Shown here in pieces: positions 27,037-32,000 of a stretch of DNA of 32,000 bases. Origin of the DNA: Candidatus Thorarchaeota archaeon (GTDB lineage: Archaea; Asgardarchaeota; Thorarchaeia; Thorarchaeales; Thorarchaeaceae). The stretch covers positions 360,001 to 392,000 of the forward strand of contig SHMX01000004.1 in assembly GCA_008080745.1 (NCBI GenBank). The letters are read 5' to 3'. The notes under the pieces are model-generated. The model was given only the letters and a program-made list of their open reading frames with translations. It was not told the origin of the DNA and did no database searches. The position numbers and the translations under genes are program-made. Numbering within the stretch: the first letter of the stretch is position 1; every line of letters starts with the position of its first letter.

Positions 27037-27378
27037 TTAACCACCACAATCTCAACCCAATTTGAGCTTTCTAATATATATCTTTATCCTTTTCAAAATT
27101 TCAATCTCATATACTTTCAACCAAAATCCCTTTTAGAAAACATATTTAGATTTGAATAACCAATCAAAGATTAAAATCAAATAATATATTAACTTTTTAG
27201 AACGTAAATTTAATAAAGGGTTACCAATCTTGGCCTTTAGAATTGGCTACATCACTCAGTTCAGGGATAGTAACCTATCCTGCTGGTAGATATTGTTGTT
27301 CACTATTTGTAATCGTCAACTGCATGTGACGTAGATCAATTCCAAATGTATACTTACATGTAGAAGGAGATTAGATTA

Positions 27379-27750
27379 TTGTCCTACTTAGCAGACTTGA
27401 TAAGACGTTTTAGTGATTCCAAAAGAACCGAGTTGGAATATCGGACATTGCTTGTTCTAGATATGATCGAATACAGTACAATGTATCCACCTGTGAATGC
27501 CATAAAGGAGTCCGAACTAAATCTGGTGCAGAAGTGTATCGATGAGGTGGTCGATGATATTGAGGCCTCCAATGACCATATTCTCGCATGTAGGATTTAC
27601 AAGACTTGGAAAAAGCGTGAGCATATACTACAGCTTGCAGAACATGCGAATAGACTTACAGCTGATTTCATGGACCACATTATGTATCATCAAGAAATCC
27701 GATGGATAAAAGAAACCAAGTCGGATATCTTAGAACTTTCATCAAGATGA
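27379..27750 (+). CDS. Hypothetical helical protein (123 aa)
   Basis: TTG start with AAGGAG upstream; amphipathic helical composition; convergent with the YkgJ gene. Confidence 0.6.
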   Translation: MSYLADLIRRFSDSKRTELEYRTLLVLDMIEYSTMYPPVNAIKESELNLVQKCIDEVVDDIEASNDHILACRIYKTWKKREHILQLAEHANRLTADFMDHIMYHQEIRWIKETKSDILELSSR

Positions 27751-27774
27751 AATTAAACGAAGGTGTTGGTGATA

Positions 27775-28371
27775 TCATTCAACAAATGTCGGATTAATCA
27801 TGAGAAAGAAATTTTTCTCCCTACTAAATGGTTTCGAGTCAAGATATCTCTTTCTTAATCTCTCAATTTCATCATCAGGTGGGTCCCGGTAATCCCCGAG
27901 ACCTCGATTTGTTGGTCTGTCACAGGCCCAATTTGGATTTCCCTGTGCAACCAATTTTCTGGTTTTTGCTTCGAAGATCTTGTATCCTTTGGTCAGAATT
28001 CCAATCAGCTCTTGGAATCTTTTATCACCTGCACAATCGGTTCCACAGGTCCCTCCGAAGGTTTCAAGAGGATAAAGCACACACCCCTCGGGTCTATAGG
28101 GATAGATGCTGCACCCTCTGTGCTTTACAAAAAACGGACACGGGCTCTCTCTTCGGGCCTTTTTTGAGAGGTACTTGTATTCCAACTGTTCAACGGATAT
28201 GAAGAGATAGTCTGCAATCTCCTGTTTAGTACCTGCAAGTATGCTTGGCGGAAACTCAGTACAGCAATTCCCACATTGTTTACAGACATAGGGGATCCGT
28301 AAAGTAAACCTCTCTCCATTGTCTGCTATCAAAATGAATTCCTTGTACAGGAGCACATCAAAGAAATCCAT
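27775..28371 (-). CDS. YkgJ-family Cys-cluster (Zn/Fe-chelating, UPF0153/FliB-like) protein
   Basis: CKQCGNCC...CPFF...CSIYPYRPEGCVLYP signature. Confidence 0.88.
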   Translation of the reverse strand: MDFFDVLLYKEFILIADNGERFTLRIPYVCKQCGNCCTEFPPSILAGTKQEIADYLFISVEQLEYKYLSKKARRESPCPFFVKHRGCSIYPYRPEGCVLYPLETFGGTCGTDCAGDKRFQELIGILTKGYKIFEAKTRKLVAQGNPNWACDRPTNRGLGDYRDPPDDEIERLRKRYLDSKPFSREKNFFLMINPTFVE

Positions 28372-28433
28372 CTTTAACCACTTAGAAGTGTAATTCTTCT
28401 CTTATGGGTTCTTTGATTTGCCAAAATATTCTG

Positions 28434-29681
28434 TCATCTGGTATGTTTTAGAACAGCCAGATGCTCGGTCTTCATTCTCTCATCTTTCAATCCTGAAGCA
28501 GGATTTACTTTGGATTTGAACATGACTCTGGATACGATCGTATCGACATAGGTCATTTCATGCTTCCACCCCTCCTGAGTCAAATGTTCAATCAGTATCT
28601 CATCGATTGGAATCTCTGTTGTGCGAATCTTCGCAGGACCGACAAAAATACACATTCGGTTTCTGACCTTTTTGCCAACCCTGGAAAATGTGCCTATCAT
28701 TGCATGGAAGTATCGATCATATAGTAATCTCAGATGGTCTTCTTTGATTTGTTCTCGATATTTGTAATAGGTCTCGGAGTTGATTTCAACTTCCTTCACT
28801 TCATTGTATGGAATCTCTTTTCTCCCAAGTGCTCTGATGTCCTTGTCAGTGTGACCTAACCAATAGAGTTCGAGTTTTGTAGAACGAATGTATTCCTGTG
28901 CCTGCAGGTACGGTGGAGATGTGATTAGTATATCCACCTCTTCATCCAGATCAGTGTTCAGGGTATCTATCCCACACTTTATGCGATACGAAACATCTTG
29001 TGGGTTTAGCGTAGAATACTCCTTAATGCCATCCATCAATTTCCTAACTTCATCTTCCAACTTCTTGTAGAACAGAGACTTCCAATCCTTTTTTCTTAGC
29101 TCTTTGATCTTTCTCTTTGCGAATTTTGATTTGTAGAGCTTGTGGGTCTTCTCATCGCTCCAGGAAAAAAAGCGAGTTGTTTTCACCAGTGGTATCTTTA
29201 GAAGCAGGGATTCGTTGTATTCAAGTGAGTGGACATAACCCCATGCTCTTGATATCATGGGAACGAACTCTTCTGGAAACCAGTACTCCATGCGCGACCA
29301 TTTGGGGATGAATTCAAGTTTTGATGTTTTCAACTCTTGAATCAGACTATCGATACCTATCTTTGATTGTTCCATAATTGCAGTATCATGGATTAATTTC
29401 ATCAAGGGGTTAAGATCCCACAGGACATAATCATACCCATAGACTTTGGAAACGAGACCTGTTGTACCATAACCACCGAAAGGATCAAAGATAACATCAT
29501 TTTTCTCTGCGAATTTCTTTATGGGATATGCTACAATTTGAGGGATGAATTTTGCTGGATATCCATAGATTCCAAAAGTCCCGTATGTTGTTCGTGGGAT
29601 TTCAGGAATAAGGTCTCGGAACCTAACTTCAATTCGTTCAGAGTCTTTACTTTGATCTAATTCCTGAGTCCCCTCTTTCAT
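28434..29681 (-). CDS. Site-specific amino-DNA methyltransferase, alpha-class order, probably N4-cytosine
   Basis: YGYPAKFIPQ (motif X), IFDPFGGYGT (motif I) N-terminal to LITSPPY (motif IV). SPPY is typical of m4C enzymes. Confidence 0.85.
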   Translation of the reverse strand: MKEGTQELDQSKDSERIEVRFRDLIPEIPRTTYGTFGIYGYPAKFIPQIVAYPIKKFAEKNDVIFDPFGGYGTTGLVSKVYGYDYVLWDLNPLMKLIHDTAIMEQSKIGIDSLIQELKTSKLEFIPKWSRMEYWFPEEFVPMISRAWGYVHSLEYNESLLLKIPLVKTTRFFSWSDEKTHKLYKSKFAKRKIKELRKKDWKSLFYKKLEDEVRKLMDGIKEYSTLNPQDVSYRIKCGIDTLNTDLDEEVDILITSPPYLQAQEYIRSTKLELYWLGHTDKDIRALGRKEIPYNEVKEVEINSETYYKYREQIKEDHLRLLYDRYFHAMIGTFSRVGKKVRNRMCIFVGPAKIRTTEIPIDEILIEHLTQEGWKHEMTYVDTIVSRVMFKSKVNPASGLKDERMKTEHLAVLKHTR

Positions 29682-29886
29682 ACTATCATCTTCAACTAAT
29701 TCAGAGCATGTCCTATTTTAATATCATTCATTATATTGAATCGGATGTGATACTGGATATTTGCATTGACTGATGATCCAATTTTCAAGAATGCATAGTA
29801 ACACAAATTTAAAAAAGGTGTTACCCTGTCTACACCCATCACTCTGAGAGGAACCTACCTTGTTTCTGACTGATTATAGCAAAAAG

Positions 29887-31089
29887 ATGATGACGAAGAC
29901 CTTTCGCAAGACTATCTACCAATTTACAGAAACTCCCTCCCCTGTCTTTAGCGATAGATTTGGGGTCTATCTTCATGTCCCATTCTGTCACACAAAGTGT
30001 ACTTTCTGTCCCTTCTACAAAGAACTCTATGATGCTGAATTGAAAGATAGGTATGTTGAAGCTATGGTCAAAGAGATTAGTAATACCGATATACAAGGAG
30101 AATCAGAGTGGATTTACTTTGGTGGCGGTACACCAAATACCCTGAGCATTGAAGAATTACAAACTATCTTAGAAGCCTTGCAAGGAAAAATGACACTCTC
30201 CAACATTGGAATAGAGCTTCTTCCATCTCTCGTCACCATGGAATATCTTGATGGTCTCAGAGAGATTGGATTTTCAAAAATCAGCATAGGTATTGAGACA
30301 TTTCAGGAAGAGAGCATTAAGAAGACTGGAAGAAAAGGAAGTTCCTTCCAACATATTTCTGATATCATTCAATATGCTCAGTCTATAGGTCTCCACGTTG
30401 CAGTAGACCTCATGATTGGACTACCAGGTCAGACCTCTGAGACCTTTGATGATGACATTGAAAAAATCATTCGGATTGGTCCCGACCAAATAACTATCTA
30501 TCCCTATATGGTGATAAGAAATGTTTCTGCGGTTCCAAGCTGTTCTACTGCTGAGCAATTTGTACACATAGAACGCGCTGCTGCAAATCTCGAGAAGTCG
30601 GGATATGAGAGAAAATCCGTGTGGATCTTTGTTCTACCAAATACTGATGACAGAGATGTCTATGACTCATCAAAGGACGAACTCATCAGTGATTATTGTG
30701 GCTTTGGCCCTGCGTCATTTTCTACCTACGGTGGTTTCAAAGTCGTCAAGCCAGAGTTAGATGTGTGGTTAGAAGGAATTGCATCAGGCAATCTTCAATC
30801 CTTTGTAGCTCCCAAGACCAAGAGCACAGATGATTGGAGACGGTTTGCAAATCGAATATATGATTTGAAATTGGAAACCTCTTACAAGTTTCCATTGTAT
30901 ATTCGATTCTTTGACTTTATTTTGAGGATGTCTGGATACCACAAAGATGGATACCTCACTGACAAGGGTCGGTATTTCTCACACGAGATAACTAAAGCTG
31001 TTGTGGAATCTCTGCCGTTTCCCCTGCAAGATCCGTCCTGTGTAGAAAACTTTCATGAGTATCTGGAATTGAAAAAGGAGATTAATTAA
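29887..31089 (+). CDS. HemN/HemW-like radical SAM protein
   Basis: YLHVPFCHTKCTFCPF (CxxxCxxC), IYFGGGTPNTL, ISIGIETF, DLMIGLPGQT. Start at ATG 29887; TTG 29860 is an alternative. Confidence 0.88.
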   Translation: MMTKTFRKTIYQFTETPSPVFSDRFGVYLHVPFCHTKCTFCPFYKELYDAELKDRYVEAMVKEISNTDIQGESEWIYFGGGTPNTLSIEELQTILEALQGKMTLSNIGIELLPSLVTMEYLDGLREIGFSKISIGIETFQEESIKKTGRKGSSFQHISDIIQYAQSIGLHVAVDLMIGLPGQTSETFDDDIEKIIRIGPDQITIYPYMVIRNVSAVPSCSTAEQFVHIERAAANLEKSGYERKSVWIFVLPNTDDRDVYDSSKDELISDYCGFGPASFSTYGGFKVVKPELDVWLEGIASGNLQSFVAPKTKSTDDWRRFANRIYDLKLETSYKFPLYIRFFDFILRMSGYHKDGYLTDKGRYFSHEITKAVVESLPFPLQDPSCVENFHEYLELKKEIN

Positions 31090-31292
31090 TTCGATACAGT
31101 CTCAATATTCTCACCAAATTTTTAGCATAAGCATCTAGTGTAGACATCTTGTTACCATTTTTCATAATGTCGCTTCAGCCTTAATTTCTACTCAATCTGC
31201 TCATCACAAAAAATTCTCGTTCGATAGAAAATCCCAATCTTATTTTCGAAGGTACGACATTTTGGACACTATACACAGTGCTATAAGGGATT

Positions 31293-31387
31293 GAATCACA
31301 TCTGAGGACACAGGAAAAACAATCAAGCGCGCTTTCGCCTTAAGAGTTCGTGGTTAGAAGATCACAATTGTTCTCCCCAGATGATTC
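31293..31387 (-). ncRNA. Candidate structured RNA element in the radical-SAM/ssb intergenic region
   Basis: Hand-folded nested helices: 31293-97/31383-87, 31300-03/31379-82, 31312-23/31367-78 (12 bp, three G-U pairs valid only on the minus strand), plus two inner hairpins. No known family recognised. Confidence 0.3.
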
Positions 31388-31415
31388 CGCTATTTTTTGA
31401 AAGACCTGAGATCAA

Positions 31416-31431
31416 TTATGCTTTGGCATAA
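31416..31431. promoter_or_regulatory. Perfect palindrome TTATGC-tttg-GCATAA next to the ssb RBS
   Basis: 6-bp arms, 4-nt spacer, 13 nt upstream of the ATG at 31445 and abutting GTGAGTGAT. Confidence 0.35.
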
Positions 31432-31444
31432 GTGAGTGATACAT

Positions 31445-31954
31445 ATGAGTTACGATAGAGAACCTGTAGAGGTTAAAGTGGCTGAACTGAAGCCACAAAT
31501 GAAGAACCTGACTATTACATTCAAACTTGTTGAGTTAGGTGAAGAACGTGAAGTTTCATCCCGCCGTGATGGTGAAACCCACCGTGTGTTAGACGCAATT
31601 GTTGGTGATTCGACGGGTACTGTAGCTGTTCCCCTATGGGATGATAGTATTGATAGTGTTGAAATTGGGGAAACATACCTCCTCAAAAATGGATACACTG
31701 GTCTGTTCAAAGGAAATTTGAGATTGAACATTGGAAAATATGGAGAACTTAGTCCATCGAATGATGCTATTGAAGAAGTCGATACTGAGAACGATATGTC
31801 CCAAGAAGAGCACGAAGATACTCGCAGGCGCTATGGCGGTGGAGATCGACGTGGGGGCGGTGGAGATCGACGTGGAGGCGGTGGAGGACATCGTGGAGGC
31901 AGAGGTGGCAGCTACGGTGGAAGAGACCGTCGTAGTGGTGGACGTAGCTACTAA
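31445..31954 (+). CDS. ssb: Single-OB-fold single-stranded DNA-binding protein (crenarchaeal SSB/RPA type) with acidic linker and RGG tail
   Basis: KVAELKPQMKNLTITFKLVE, VGDSTGTVAVPLWD, NGYTGLFKGNLRLNIGKYG are typical of Sulfolobus-type SSB; ATG 31445 follows a GTGA RBS. Confidence 0.88.
   Translation: MSYDREPVEVKVAELKPQMKNLTITFKLVELGEEREVSSRRDGETHRVLDAIVGDSTGTVAVPLWDDSIDSVEIGETYLLKNGYTGLFKGNLRLNIGKYGELSPSNDAIEEVDTENDMSQEEHEDTRRRYGGGDRRGGGGDRRGGGGGHRGGRGGSYGGRDRRSGGRSY
31835..31897 (+). repeat. 21-bp x3 in-frame tandem repeat (GGGDRRG units) in the ssb tail
   Basis: ggcggtggagatcgacgtggg / ggcggtggagatcgacgtgga / ggcggtggaggacatcgtgga read directly. Confidence 0.9.
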
Positions 31955-32000
31955 TTCACAAATTCTCACAAAGATTAGATTTGGGTGAGTTGGAAAAACT

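Noticed and set aside
27262-27282. Hairpin GGATAG-taac-CTATCC in the 27036-27379 intergenic region
   Set aside because: A short 6-bp stem with no T-tract or supporting context.
31634-31969. Ser/Thr/Ala-rich antisense ORF resembling a mucin-like protein
   Set aside because: It is the reverse reading of the ssb Gly/Arg repeat tail.
1-32000. Search by eye for tRNA/rRNA, CRISPR repeats, IS ends, integrases and known defence cassettes (e.g. HerA-based systems)
   Set aside because: None seen; the herA here sits in the canonical nurA-mre11-rad50 repair operon, not with Sir2 or a defence nuclease.

Overview
AT-rich archaeal chromosomal window with GGAG/GGTGA ribosome-binding sites and TAATG/ATGA-coupled genes. 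It is most consistent with an Asgard archaeon, probably Thorarchaeota-like; this is inferred from the style of the surface proteins, the crenarchaeal-type SSB and the nurA-herA-mre11-rad50 operon, not from a marker gene. Left to right: a small redox/housekeeping cluster (NmrA-like SDR, DUF420, pirin, RimJ/L GNAT); an uncharacterised 3-TM protein; a secreted clan CD (caspase-like) protease bracketed by terminator-like hairpins; a ~10 kb minus-strand cell-surface cluster (membrane-anchored PQQ-type sugar dehydrogenase plus three family-5 ABC substrate-binding paralogues, two fused to ~500-aa sequon-rich Ig-like extensions, with no permease or ATPase in the window); a tandem-thioredoxin protein with a possible Sm/Hfq-like N-terminal domain; the complete nurA-herA-mre11-rad50 operon (HerA has an atypical GKG Walker A); an M28 peptidase; several hypotheticals; a YkgJ Cys-cluster protein; a solitary alpha-class amino-DNA methyltransferase; a HemN-like radical SAM protein; a candidate ~95-nt structured RNA; and a single-OB SSB with an RGG-repeat tail. 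I saw no rRNA, tRNA, CRISPR array, transposase or integrase. All family calls come from motif recognition by eye; no searches were run.
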